Translations under genes and position numbers: made by a program
In this document: one piece after another, positions 28,591 to 41,514 of the stretch
How positions within the stretch are numbered: position 1 is the stretch's first letter
Layout of the letters: every line of letters starts with the position of its first letter
Source of the DNA: the human T2T-CHM13v2.0 reference genome, Homo sapiens
Assembly (NCBI RefSeq): GCF_009914755.1
Contig: NC_060926.1
Reading direction: 5' to 3' (one strand)
DNA: 64,000 nucleotides
The notes under the pieces: generated by a model
The model's database searches: none
What the model saw: only the letters and a program-made list of their open reading frames with translations
Told to the model about the DNA's origin: nothing

Positions 28591-31500
28591 AGATGTCTTT
28601 ACCTTTCTGGAATTAAGGGCTAAGAACAATGTTTCTCAATCCCCACTCTCAGATTGGTCCAGAATTTCCAGCCGATGGGCTTCAGAGGGCACTATGCTAT
28701 GAAATTCACACTGAAATTCACACCTATGTTTGTATAACACACTACAGATGCCTAAGAAAATGTGAGATTCCTATCTCAAAGATTGTAGGAGGGGCCGATG
28801 CCCCCTGCCCTAGGAATCTTACTTAAGAATCTTCTTTATGAAGTATCACAAATACCCAAGGGATAAATACACAAGACTCAGTTGAAATTTGTGGGAACTT
28901 CACCATTACAAAGAAATCTTTTTGATTGCCTCTGTTGTAGAGTTGTAGAAATTTGGGAGGGTTTTTTGCACTTTTTTTTGGCACTCTTTAAAAAAGTTTA
29001 TATTTTGCCTCTTTTTCATTATTTCTAGGTAACTTTATTTTCAATCATTAAAGTACTATTTGGCTTTTGAGTATTCTTTACACATTTAACCTTCTATCTA
29101 TCTAAACTTTTACTTTCTGATTTCCATTTTCTCTTATTTCTCCTCAGCTCTACAGTTTTACTGTTTTATTTCTCTAAATCTTTTGGTACATGTTTACTTC
29201 CCTTTTTTGTTTGGCCAAAATTTCTTTTTAACTTTTCAGTTATCTTCAGGTATTTTAATCACTTTATCTCTTTTCTTTATATATATATATATGCTTACAT
29301 TGAAGCATTCCATCATTTTGTTTCTTGTCTTTCTAAATTTAAGACTTTCCCCCTTTTATTCACTTGATTCTTTAGGCCTTTAATTTCTAATTTTTTTGTT
29401 TTTATCATTTGTTTTGTGTCTTCATTTCCTTTAAATATTTTGATTTTAGCATTGGCCTATAATGTCAGGCAGAAATCTTTGCCTTGCTGTGGGGTAAAAG
29501 TTGCAAAGTGAAGGAGTAGAGAGGGAGTCTATCCCCTCACCCTGTCTGCTCCTCCTAAACTGTGCCTCTGGGGCCCCTGAATTGGATTCCCATCAATTTC
29601 TATGTCAATCCTGAAAGTCTTAACCTAAGTAATGTGTGAAGCCCTCGGGTTTAAATTCCTTCCTTGAGACAATAGTGTTTCTACTACGTATATCACACAC
29701 AGTTCATCCCTTTTATGAGGCAGCCATGGCCCAGCCTGGGGTCATCCATTGTCCACTCTGGAAAATCCCGAGGCCAGGAAAGCAGGGAGCTGCACCACAG
29801 ACAAGAGCGGTGAGAGGCACATGGCTTCAAAACTGTTTTGTCCTTAACACCAGACCAATCAACCATATCAGAGGGCACTGGCTGCTCTGGAAAAGTCTTG
29901 CCATAGACTCAACCGTCAAGAGAGTACACTGGTCCGGAGGAAGGTCATCCTTCCTCCACAAATTCACAGCCTAGGGTTCAGAATTTGTCTCTGTCTCAAA
30001 GTAGCAATCACAATTCCAGTATGGAGTAAAATTAGAACAGGATACGCTATATTCTAAGTTATTATTGTAGCATCCAAATAATCAACCTTCATAGCCAATG
30101 AAATGAAAATAATCATTTTAATCTGAACAAAGTTTAGGCCTTTCCATACCCTCCCCATTCCCTATCTTATATGATCTTCATATGTAAGCCATGAGAAATA
30201 AATGATCAACAAATGTACCCAAGGACAGAGAGTAGGCGGCAAAGCCAGAACCAGAACCCAGGTCCCTGCCTTGCCCCAGCATTCTTCCTACTGTGCCAGG
30301 TGCCAGGCCACCTCTTAATGTCACCCACAGCAAGAACCTCCACACCAACGAGGAGAATGTGCCTGCCCACACAGCATCATTTCAGGAGCCATAGCCCACC
30401 TGCAAGCTGGGTCCTGAAACTATTTTCTATCTCAAAAACAGACCAGGGACACATCAACTTAAATTCATCTTTTTTTAGAGTGGAATTGACAAGGGCAAGG
30501 GCAAGAAAGAATGATGTAACTGGACACCTGTATGACACAGAGCTATCCCAAGAAGGAGAAGCAAGCCTGGAATATGGAAGCCAAACAAAGCACCTCCACT
30601 CCCCCAAGAAAAGTCTCCCCACAAAGTTCTGCTCCATCAGAGCCTGACTCCTGTTGATCAGGGAGCTCCATCATGAGACCACAGCTTTAATATTTCTGTG
30701 TTAAAAAAAAAAGTTGCTACAGAGGTCCTAATTTTCCAAATTTGGTCTTTAAACAATATATCTATGTCCAGTATCTGGGACAAAACTTAGCCTCAGGGTT
30801 CCAGGTCACTGAACATTATATAACATTGATTGAAACTTTTTGTGGAACAAACAAATTAACTTCCTGAATGAAAAATACAACCTTACCTATTACGGAAAAG
30901 TAAATCCCAAATGTAAAATTTATCTCTAATAGTCTATAAGGAAAAAAAATCCAAACTCAATACCTCTTTGCCTATTGAATAACACTAATCCCATGCAATC
31001 ACTCTTTGGTAACCCTGCTTGTCTCTAGTTTGACTCCAGCTTGTTAAAACTAACCCATTTTTCTTCTATGAAAGATGCAATCAGTAGTAAGGAGACTGGA
31101 ACTCTGGTGATCCTGCTAATCAATCTATGTTCCACAAATGAAAACACTCCCCAATTGGTAATTAGTTTCAGTGATGAAGTAATTAAATATTTCACTCTGC
31201 GTTCCCTCTGCTCTGCATCTGTGGCTTCGTAAATGTTACATTTTCCAAATCCCCACATGCAATCTTGTTTTATTTATGGCTAGGCCTTTACAAGCTCTGA
31301 AATTCTATCTAAACAGCACAAAGGCAAAGGGAAACTTGACAATTAAGTGTTGAACTTGATCATTCCCGTCAGCCAGGCCAGGTAACACAGACACACCTGA
31401 TCCATACTTGGCCCCGAGTTATCAAAAAAACATGATTACATAGTTTTAGGAGTTCAAGACATAAAAGTAGAAGCCAAATGTTTTCTTATTTAACCTTGAT

Positions 31501-32559
31501 GAAGTGCTTTGGGGAAATGAGAGATGAGCCTGAGTCTTCCAAACAGATGTCTGTCTCGGTTTGATTTCATAACAATGGTTCCTCTCCTGGAGTTCTCTCC
31601 ACCATTAAAATGCAGCACTCGTATCCAATGGAGGAATGAAAAATGCCAAGGCCCTAATGATTCAAAATTGCACTTTTAGTTGCCTGACCAAGATGGAGTA
31701 TGACATGTTACCAAAACCCATTTCTTAACATTTAACATTTATTCAAATAATTGGCTGTTGTGGATACATCTGCCAGAAGTTGAGGCCAAATGGTTTTGTT
31801 AAGAAATCTTTCATCTTTCTCTTCATATGCATGGTCAATCATCAACTGGTTATTATAAGGAGCCATACACGGATCCAGAATGAGCAGTCCTCAAGGCTTG
31901 AACACCAGAGGCATTGATTACATGAAATTCTTGGTAGTGTCTCACAGTCACTCCCTACCCATTGACCTCTGGAAAATTGCCATTGGTAATAAGTAATCAT
32001 GTGCATTTTTTAGGTCCTTATCATGGATCAAACTCTTCAAGTTTTATAATTTTAAAATGACAGCCACAAACTCCTACCTCTAAAGAATTCTCGGAGGTCA
32101 GTGGGAGAAGAAAGAATAAACCAAATCCATGTGCTCTTTCAGGTCAGGGAGAACATAAATAATGTGCTTTGTCCCAGAGGAAATCTTAACTAACCTGGCA
32201 TAGAAGAGAACCAAATAAGAAGGGGTGAAATGAGCAGCACATCTTCATAAGGAATAAGATTGTGTTTAAACTCATAGATGCAGCGGAAAGAATCCTACAC
32301 TAGGAATCAGAAGGCCTGGCCTTTAATCCTGGATATAGCACCCAATAGCCATCCACCTTGACAACTCTGAGAGCCCCTTGAGGGAATGGCCCACTCTCCC
32401 AACAGGGCAATTGGGTGCATGTTCCCTCAGGTCCATCCCACACTGACATGCTGTATTTCCAGGAAATGTTCCCAGGCTCCAAAAACAGGAAAAGGAAGCA
32501 CCGCCGCTAAGCAGTAAGGCATCTTAACCTCCCAGCTGAAAAATTCACTAATGATACTA

Positions 32560-32830
32560 GTAGCAGTACTAGTAGCAGCAACAGAAAGAGCAGCTGCCAT
32601 TGATTAAGTGAATACCTACTAGTTACCAGGTACTACGCTAAGCATGTTTTATAAACTATCTCATTCAATCCTCACAACTCTATGAGGTAGGCACCACTGT
32701 TCACCTTGTAAACATTAGGTGTAGTTTCAGTAGTTGCCCAAAGTCAAAGTCACAGGGCTAACAAGTAACAGCGTTTGAATTTGAATTTTCTTTAGTCTGA
32801 CTCCACAGCCAAACCTCTTAATTGCTACAT
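32560..32830 (-). mobile_element. MIR SINE
   Basis: atctcattcaatcctcacaactctatgaggtagg...ttgcccaaagtca...gtctgactccacagcc. Confidence 0.7.
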
Positions 32831-32956
32831 TCATCTGTCTTCACACATGCAAACCTACAAAAGGCGGTGCTCAGAAATCTGCAGTTTAGTTGTTAGCAGA
32901 CTTTCTAATGATAACTTTGCGGTCCATAAAAACCACCCATTTGCATGTGGGCATTT

Positions 32957-33030
32957 TATATGTGTGTGTGTGTATGTGTGTGCATATATGTGTATACATA
33001 TATATGTGTGTGTGTACATATATATGTATG
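32957..33030. repeat. (TG)/(TA)n microsatellite
   Basis: Direct inspection. Confidence 0.85.
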
Positions 33031-33371
33031 TTAAAAATTCTCTGATTCCTAGTGCAACTTCATAATAAATTACTGTGTCAAAATTTTGGAAATAATATTT
33101 CTTAAACCAGATAATATTGAACATATTATAATTAAACTAATTCATTAAGGGATACTATTAACATTTACACTTCCAAGATATCAGATTTTCAAGATTTTTC
33201 TTATAAATGAGTATAATAGGCACATTTTGAAATTATTTTAGAGTTTTAGTTGTTATATTAGTATTTGAACGTTTCCATTTTGTTACCATATGCTTACATT
33301 TTCAATGCTTCTGTGCAACTTAACAATGTAGATGATTTTCTGAAACTAAAATCCTACAGTCCCCTTAAATA

Positions 33372-33712
33372 CCTGTCATGTGTCACACAACAATGTTTCA
33401 CTCAGCGACCACATATACGACAGTGGTCCCATAAGGTTATAATACCTTATTTTTACTGTACATTTTCTATTTTTAGGTATGTTTAGATACACAAATACCA
33501 CTGTGTTAGAACTGCCTACAGTATTCAGTATAGTAACATGCTATACAGGTGGGTATCCTGGGATCAAATAGGCTATCCCATGTAGCCTAGTTGTGTAGAA
33601 GGTCATACCATCTAGTTTTGGTAAGTACACTCCATGATGTTTGCACAATGACAAAATCACCAAATGACACATATCTCAGAAGGTATCCCTGTAGATAAAT
33701 GATGCATGACTC
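33372..33712 (-). mobile_element. Tigger3a/MER7-like TcMar DNA transposon
   Basis: Termini gtcatg...catgac; internal ggtcccataag, gtttagatacacaaatac, gcctacagtattcagta, gtaagtacactc. Confidence 0.8.
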
Positions 33713-33844
33713 TACTTCATATTTAAATATTTACAGATATTTATTTAATAATTTTTACAGATATTTATTTCTCCACTATAAAAGTCATTCTGATTTAAGC
33801 TAAAAAATTCAGAAGACTCATACAATAAGCAGAGTAGTCAAAAT

Positions 33845-35920
33845 ATGTCAGCAATATGGCAATATAATGAAGAATGTCTCAAGTTTCATTTGTCTGTCTC
33901 CCAAATTCTTATCTTCCTCAGCGTAAATGTTTTTTCCCTTGGCAAATATATTAAATGGAACAATGGTGTCAACAAAAAACTTATGCCAGACATCACTCTA
34001 AAACATCCCTCTTATGAAGAAAAAGATATGAACATGCTTATGTACCTGCAAGTTGAAAACAAAGACCAAAGGTATTTTTTAATTTGACAAATAAAAGTTA
34101 TACATATTTATAGTGTACACATGACATTTTTAAGGACCGAAGTTCTTTCGTTAATTTGGTTACAGCAATATAAGATCAGCTTAAGAATCTTTTTACAAGG
34201 TCGATTAAAGCTATGAACAAAATACCTCAAGAAATTGCAGAACTGGCCATTTTACCAACCTGAAAGATTATCAGCACTGTGTTTGGGGCCAAAAGAAGGA
34301 AGAAATAGGAAAGGGTCTGCTTTTGAATAATACTGTTAGTAGACAACATGTCAAATGACCTAGACATTAATCTAAGGGTTCATTAAATTAAAACATGTTA
34401 TTTTTGTTTGTTTGTTGAGACGGAGTCTCGCTCTGTCGCCCAGGCTGGAGTACAGTGGCACAATCTCGGCTCGCAGGTTCAAGTGATTCTCCTGCCTCAG
34501 CCTCCTGAGTAGCTGGGACTACAGGCATGTGCCACCATGCCCAGCTAATTTTTTGTATTTTTAGTAGAGACAGGGTTTCACCATGTTAGCCAGGATGGTC
34601 TCAATCTCCTGACCTCGTGATCCACCTGCCTCAGCCTCCCAAAGTGCTGGGATTACAGGTGTGAGCCACCACACCCGGCCTAAAACATATTTTAACTTTG
34701 CATTTATGAATGTATAGACAATAGTAACTGTTCAATTAATAACACTAGTTAATACTAATGAGGAAGAAATGATTGGAAAAATACTATTTGTTCTGTAGAA
34801 AAACATCAATACAAACTATTGGAAGTAAAATAAATACTTAAGGTGTTAAAATCAATACTTTGTAAGTCTGTAACAAATCTGATATGAAGGAAAAGTGATG
34901 TTGGTTTGTGACCTGAAGTGGTCTTGCTGCAATGATAGGACAGTAAGACAACAGGTTTTACATCTCCCTCAACATCTGACATCATGGGATTCAGATAAGA
35001 GCTTTATTCACAGGGTCTCCTGTACAAACATCTGAATTCTATATTAAATCATGTTATCATGATGGTGATCCTAATAAAACCCATGCACTACAGTTTATAC
35101 GAAGAAATTTGATCACAATATAACTCTGTTGTTTTAAATAAAATTATCTTAGCTGTCCAAAAGAAAAATTTTAAAGAGGGTATGAGCTAGTAAAGAAAAA
35201 AAAATTTCATGGGGTGAGGGAGAGGAATAAGCTCCACTTTGCAGATTTGCTTAAGGACAATTATTAGCTTCAGGAAGTAGTTTGACACCTGAATTAACTT
35301 AATTGGAAATTGCAAAGTCCCTATAAAAACACACTAAAGTACATTTATAAGGCTTATGGATTCGAAGCAAAAACTCATCTTTGAAAAATGAAGTTAATAA
35401 TATGGTTCATTAATATTTAAGTAATACTTTGAATGCTAATTGTTTGAATACTAATAGCTAAGAATTACTAAGACCAGTAGAGCAACATATGAAAAAATTA
35501 TCATTTTGGACTTATATATTCAATTGGATTTAAAATCCAATTATATTCCCATAAGAAATTTCGGCATTACATCTACCAATGAAAAAAGAAAAAAGAATCC
35601 TGTTAAATTTAAATAAAGGATCATGTATTTGATGTTGTAATTTAAACTTTAAAGAGACTAAATCACCTATAGTCTGGCTAAGGGAAAGAAAAGGTTTCTA
35701 TTCACTAGAAGACAATAAATTAATATGAAAACTCTTCTACCTTTTTCCATACCACTGAGCAAGCATTATTTCTTTGAGAATTTGTGTAAACATCATTTAT
35801 CTTAAATGATGACTTAAGAATTTGAAGGCATCATCATTAAAAAGTATCGATGAGGACTTGTGTGCAGCCATTTCAAGAATAAAAACTATGTTTAAAAAGT
35901 TATCACCAAAGAAGTAAGTT
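33845..35920 (+). pseudogene. Fossil hAT (Charlie/Buster-type) transposase coding region, heavily decayed, interrupted by an Alu and a small L1 piece
   Basis: Manual translation gives colinear motifs: WQYNEECLKF...KHPSYEEKD; IPQEIAELAILPT*KII; EEIGKGLLLNNTVSRQ; LFCRKTSIQTIG; GLAAMIG; *LSKRKIL; HLN*LNWKLQSPYKN; LLPFS; LKSIDEDLCAAISRIKTMFKKLSPKK*. Confidence 0.75.
34400..34680 (-). mobile_element. Alu (AluSg-like) with an internal deletion of about 20 bp
   Basis: ctcggctcg joins directly to caggttcaag; imperfect TSD aaaacatgtt / aaaacatatt. Confidence 0.9.
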
Positions 35921-36633
35921 TTAAAATACTAGAATTTGTTATATTTTCTCTAATAATGTATATATTATTTTTGTCATAATTATAAAATATGTGATAAATG
36001 TTCTCTCCAAGCCCCACATAGATGCCTCCTAATCCTGTCCAAGTTAGTCTGTACACATATTTTTATTATCTGAGTGTTCCATATTTTGAAAGTGTATGTG
36101 AAGCATTGATTTATTCTAAAATTCTTGTTTTACAGGGGAAAAAAGAAACATCCAGAGAGGTTTCGTGTCACCAACTAATTAGGGATAAAAGCCAAGATCA
36201 GAATCTAGAATGCCCTACTTTTACCCAGCCAGTATTGCTCTGATTGGGAATGTTGGGTACTAAAGTGTACTTTATGCTAAACAAACTATGAGCCCTCCTG
36301 TCCATCCTCCCAGAATCAGCCTTGCATCTTCCACCTCCATGTCTCTGGTCATGCCAAGCTCCCTAGCTGGAATCCCCTCTCTCTCTCCTGTCCATTGCTA
36401 GAGTGTTTCTCATCCCTAAATGCCACTTGCCTGACCATGCTGAACCACACAGCTCTGTCCGTCTGAACATTGCTGGTGTCCACTATCCCAGTCACCCACA
36501 CAGCATTTCCTCAGAACACAACGGCTGGTTCCATTTACCCACCGATTCCATCCCTGTAACTAGGTTGAGTCAGGGATTGCTTCTAAACTTTCTGCAAATC
36601 CTTAGTGCCTCTAGAAAATGCCTTATAGGTGCT

Positions 36634-37182
36634 TGAGATGGTTAATATTGAGTGTCAACTTGATTGCATTGAAAGATGCAAAGTAAAGTTCCTGCGTGTG
36701 TCTGTGAGGGTGTTGCCAAAGGAGATTAACATTTCAGTCAATGGACTGGGAGAGGCAGACCCACCCTGAATCTGGGTGGGCACCATCTAATCAGTTGCCA
36801 GTGCGGCTAGAAAAAAGCAGGTGGGAGAAGATGGAAGAAGCTGACTTGCTGAGTCTTCTGGACTTTGTCTTTCTCCCACACTGGATGCTTCCTGCCCTCG
36901 AAAATCAGAATCCAAGTTCTTCAGCTTTTGGACTCTTGGACTTACACCAGTGATTTGCCAGGAGATCCTGGGCCTTCAGCCACAGACTGAAGGCTATGCT
37001 GTCGGCTTCCCTACTTCTGAGGTTTTGGGACTCAAACTGGTTTCCTTGTTCCTCAGCTTGCAGAAGACCTATTGTGGGACTTCACCTTGTGATCATGTGA
37101 GTCAATACTCCTTAATAAACTCCCCTTCATACATATATCTATCCAATTAGTTCTGTCCCTCTAGAGAACCCTGACTAATATA
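36634..37182 (+). mobile_element. MLT2A (HERV-L) solo LTR, MLT2A2-like
   Basis: tgagatggttaatattgagtgtcaacttgatt...ctagagaaccctgactaata; perfect 5-bp TSD gtgct (36629-36633, 37183-37187). Confidence 0.9.
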
Positions 37183-37769
37183 GTGCTTATCAAAAGATCA
37201 ATTAGTTAATTGACCACAGACTTAAATACCTTCCATTGGCTCTTAGAATCCTAGATCTGTAGACAGTTGGGGCTGCAAAATCTAAGAAGAATCATGTACC
37301 CCCTACTGTTCATTCTGTGATAAGAACTCTGTGGCCTACATGGAGGTCACAGAGCCAGAAAATAGTAGCCTTGAGAACAAACCAGGTATGACTGACTCCA
37401 AACAAAGCACATACTGCACCATCTTAATTTTTAAAGTTCATTGCAAGCATGTTTATTTTACAAGCAAAAGAAAGCTAATATGAAGACTTCATAATTCCAA
37501 ACCTCTTTAACTAATTCAGTGTCAATTCTAAAATAATTCCTTACAAATGTACTGCCTGATTTAGAACCAAGATGTCCTCATGTTTAATAAACTAGCATGC
37601 ATGTGTGTGAAAGGGATCTTAAATTTGGCATCTCTTTCCAGGCTTTTTTCAGTTCAGTATTTTCTGAATTCCTACCATGTGACACTGTGTGAGGTGCTGA
37701 TATCTGTACTAAATGCTAGTAAAGCCCAAGCTTGAATGAACACCTGAACATCACTGTGTTTAGGAAGAT

Positions 37770-37965
37770 AGAAAGGGTGGGTTCAAATCTTGGCTCCACC
37801 ACATATTAGCTATGTGATCTTAAACAAGTTACTTAACCATGCCTCAGTTTCCTCATCTGTAAAAGGTGAATAGAAATTATTCCTACCTCATAGAGTTGTT
37901 GGGAGAGTTAAATAAGGTAATACTTATTGTAAACAAGTGCTTGTAAATGCTCAGAAATATTTTTA
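37770..37965 (+). mobile_element. MIR SINE
   Basis: gggttcaaatcttggctccaccac...caagttacttaacc...gcctcagtttcctcatctgtaaaa. Confidence 0.8.
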
Positions 37966-39999
37966 TTGCCTTTTTTCTCCTGGGCTAACCATTTCACTTT
38001 GAATTCTTGGGTCATGAATTAACAAAAGGCAAAGATCCCAACCACCTACTTGCAGGGACTGGTCTCCTAATAACCATACCCCAAAGGCTACATAGTTAGT
38101 CTTTTATGTAACAGTGCAACCCTGGAAGGACTCAGGACTCCAGCCAGGAAAGTCTTAAGGCTAGAAGCACTGAGGAGCACAGCAATCTCTTGGCTGTCTA
38201 TGATTACGTGGCATCCTTCGATTTAAAATCCTAAGAAAAGGGTGAGCTTGGATTCAGGGGTGCACCCCAAAGCATTCCACAGGCTGGATGCCACAGAGAA
38301 GAAAGCAGTTCCACTCAGGGTCAGACCCGGAAAGAATAGCTCCCTTTATTCTCAAACACAATGAATTTCTAATATGATGGACAGATTAATATTATTAACT
38401 TTGGCAAATCCACAGCCCTCCAACCCCTTGAGGGTAGAGAAGTGACTTGTTGATTTGGAAAGTCTCCAAAAATAATTTCACGCGAGAAATATTTCTCTTG
38501 GATAGTCCCTACAGAGGAAGTGTGCTAAATTAGAAACTGTAACCTGGAGGTATCGTGTAACGACACTGATGCTCTTGTTGGTTGAAAGGTTAGGAAGGCA
38601 TGCCATGTCCCAAAACATGGACTTGCTCAGGACACCAAAGCAAGGGGTAATGAAATTTCCAAATTTTGATCCTGGAGAGACTATGGCTTGAGTACGAAGA
38701 GCCAAAGGCAATTACAGACCACACTAACCTGGATGAGAAGCAAGACTTAAATTGTGAGGAATTTCACCCACACAACTGTGGCAGGGGAGAGGAGATAAAG
38801 AACCTCTGTGTGTGTTAAAAAGGAGAGGTTTCAAGGAAAATGGGAAGGAGCTCTGAACTCTATGGGATAAAATCTCAGGGGCTTCCCTTAAAGGAAAACC
38901 ACTTATGGGTTTATACCACACAGGGGGACCAGAAGACAGACCTGAGCCCACTTGCTGAGAAAATTCAGACCTTCAGTATAACTAACCAAAGTTGGAATGA
39001 GCGATCTGTCCTACTCGGAAGCAGCTACTCATCTTGAACAAACTCTGAAGGGCCTGAGAGTTCAGGAAATATAAGAACTAAGAGACGGGACGCACCCAAG
39101 AGATCACCTTATTTATCTCCTGACAGTTAGGTTGTTCTGTCCAGTCCTCCCTCCAGTGTTTGATCTCCCTCCTTGCTAAGAGTCCCCAGTCCCCTGGAGA
39201 CACATGCTGTCAGGAAGTATTTCATGATTTCTATCCTATTTTCTTTTCCTTTGAGTTTGAACACCACAGGTCTTGTTTAATGAGGCCAGGTTTTTCGTGG
39301 AAGTTTTGGGATTGAACCAAGGAAGTGAGGATCAGGAACAGTCAGAAAGCTGTGCACATTTTCAACAACTACCGACAGCAGTGAGTGCTTGGGAAGCAGC
39401 GAGATCATAGGCTGGGAAGATGGGAAATCATCAGGAATCCCGGGCTGATGAAACTTTAGAGGTCTTTGGAAAGCTCCCCTGCTTATCACCTCCTCTTCTC
39501 TCTCTCCTAATTTACCTCCAGGAACTACAGACCTTTATCTCACAGTGAGAGCCAAAGCTTCAAAAGGGTGATTAGTACTGTTGCCAAAGGAGGAACAGTC
39601 AATATCAGCTCTTTTCCAAACCCAGTCCTTGATAGAAATGCTCTCTGTAAACTCAGATGAAGAGATGACATCTGTTCTGATTATTGTGATATAGCCCACT
39701 GCAGAGCACAAAGCACATAGTAGATCTTTAATAAGTATGTGTCCAGTTGAGTGGCATCAGACATCTAAAGCAGCAGGAAGCACTTCACAAATCAAGTTAT
39801 AGAAAGCAACTAGCCAACATGTATGGCTGAAGCTTTTAAGGAGAACTTTGTCAGCTTCTCATTTTAATTGCCCCAAATGACCCTACTGAAAGGTGTCCTT
39901 GTTTATCATTTTGAGGAAGACACCTACAATGCAACTGCCTGCCTGGCCTGTGGATGTTGCAAAGATCAATGTGAACCCATCATCTCTAAGGCAGGGTGG

Positions 40000-40178
40000 G
40001 ATTAGCCCAGGAAACAAACTGCGCTGCCACTAACTAACTTTAAAACCCTGTTCATTTGTGCCTTAGTTTCTCCATTGGTAAAATGGGGATAATTGTATTT
40101 AGCTTACAGAGTCATTGTGAGATTAACTGCTTAGACACATGCCTGTTTAACAGTAAGTGCTAAATAAATGTTAGCTCT
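40000..40178 (+). mobile_element. MIR SINE
   Basis: gtgccttagtttctccattggtaaaatggggataat...agtaagtgctaaataaatgttagct. Confidence 0.7.
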
Positions 40179-40184
40179 CATATT

Positions 40185-40666
40185 TCCCCTTTCTCCTGTT
40201 CCCAAAACTGCCTCTTTCCTGTGTTCCTCATGTCACCATCCACCCAAGCACAAATCCAGAAAACCCAGTCTCATTCTATTAATAACCCCGTCCAGCTCAC
40301 TCTCTGTTACCAACCCCCGGGCCCCAATCAGTCTCCAGTCTTCTAAAGTCTATGTATTAATATCTCTTGCCATCCTTTATTCACTGGCTCTGTCTTAGCT
40401 CAGGCCCCAGGCTTTTCTTGCTGGATTATGTGATATGATATTATCCTCTGGGTTCCTCCCTGTCCTCCTTCAACCCATCTTCCACAGTGCTTCTAGAGTA
40501 ATCTTTCTAAGCTAAGGATCCAATCATGTCATTCTCTTCTTAAATCCATCAGCAGTTTCCACTCAATATAACTTCTGTTTTTCCCTCAAAACTCAGTGAA
40601 ACTCAATAGCCAAACTGTGGAAATAAGCTAAGTATCCACTGATGGATAAATGGATAAAGGAGATGT

Positions 40667-40711
<45 letters not shown>

Positions 40712-41140
40712 TGCACAATGGGATAATATTCCAACTTAAAAAAAGAAGGAAATTCTGTCATTTGTGACCACAGGGATAAAACAAAAGATATACTAAGTGA
40801 AATAAAACACAGAAAGACAAATACTGCACTATTGCTGCAACATCTTAAAAAGTCAAACTCATAGGAACAGAGAGTTGAACAATGGTTACTGGGGGTTAAA
40901 GGGTGGGCAAAATGGGGAGATGTTGGTTAAAGGTTATAAACTTTTAGTTATAAGATGAATAAGTTCTGGATGCCTAATGTACAACATGGTGACTATAGCT
41001 AATAATGTATTCTTTACTTAAAATTTGCTAAGAAACTAGATCTTAAGTATTCTCACCATACAGACACACACACACAAATGGTAGCTATATGAGATGAGAG
41101 ACATGTTAATTAGCTTGATTGTGGAGATCATTTCACAATA

Positions 41141-41179
<39 letters not shown>

Positions 41180-41514
41180 CTCAAAGTATTATGCTGTATA
41201 CCCTGAATATGCAGTGTAAGATTTTTATTTGTCAATTATACCTCAATAAAGCTGAAAAAAACTTACTGAAACTATTTTCACTGCCCCCAAGCTGATTCAC
41301 ACACTCTGTTCTTGATAATACCCAGCACACAGCTGTATTATAGCTCTTGAGACACTATTCTCTGTCTTTCTCACTAAGTTATCAGCTCCCTAACAACAGC
41401 ACCATCTTTTACTTGAATTCTCTAATGCTCATAGATGTTTGCTGGATGGACAGAATGATGGATGGATGGCAAAACATTGCTGGATGGACAGAATGACGGA
41501 TGGATGGCAAAACA
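40185..41514 (+). mobile_element. L2 fragment split by L1MA; tail ends in a 38-bp tandem duplication
   Basis: Pyrimidine-rich L2 body (cacccaagcacaaatccagaaaacc...caacccatcttccacagtg) resuming after 41272; GGAT-rich tail. Confidence 0.55.
40605..41260 (+). mobile_element. L1MA (L1MA8/9-like) 3' end with internal (TG)n and (TG)n(TA)n
   Basis: aatagccaa...ggataaatggataaagg...aaaaagaaggaaattctgtcatttgtgac...ctcaataaagctgaaaaaa; degenerate TSD aaaactcagtgaaact / aaaacttactgaaact. Confidence 0.85.

Noticed and set aside
35522-35542. 21-bp near palindrome aattggattt-a-aaatccaatt
   Set aside because: Short, AT-rich and inside a decayed transposon; likely chance or a small repair scar.
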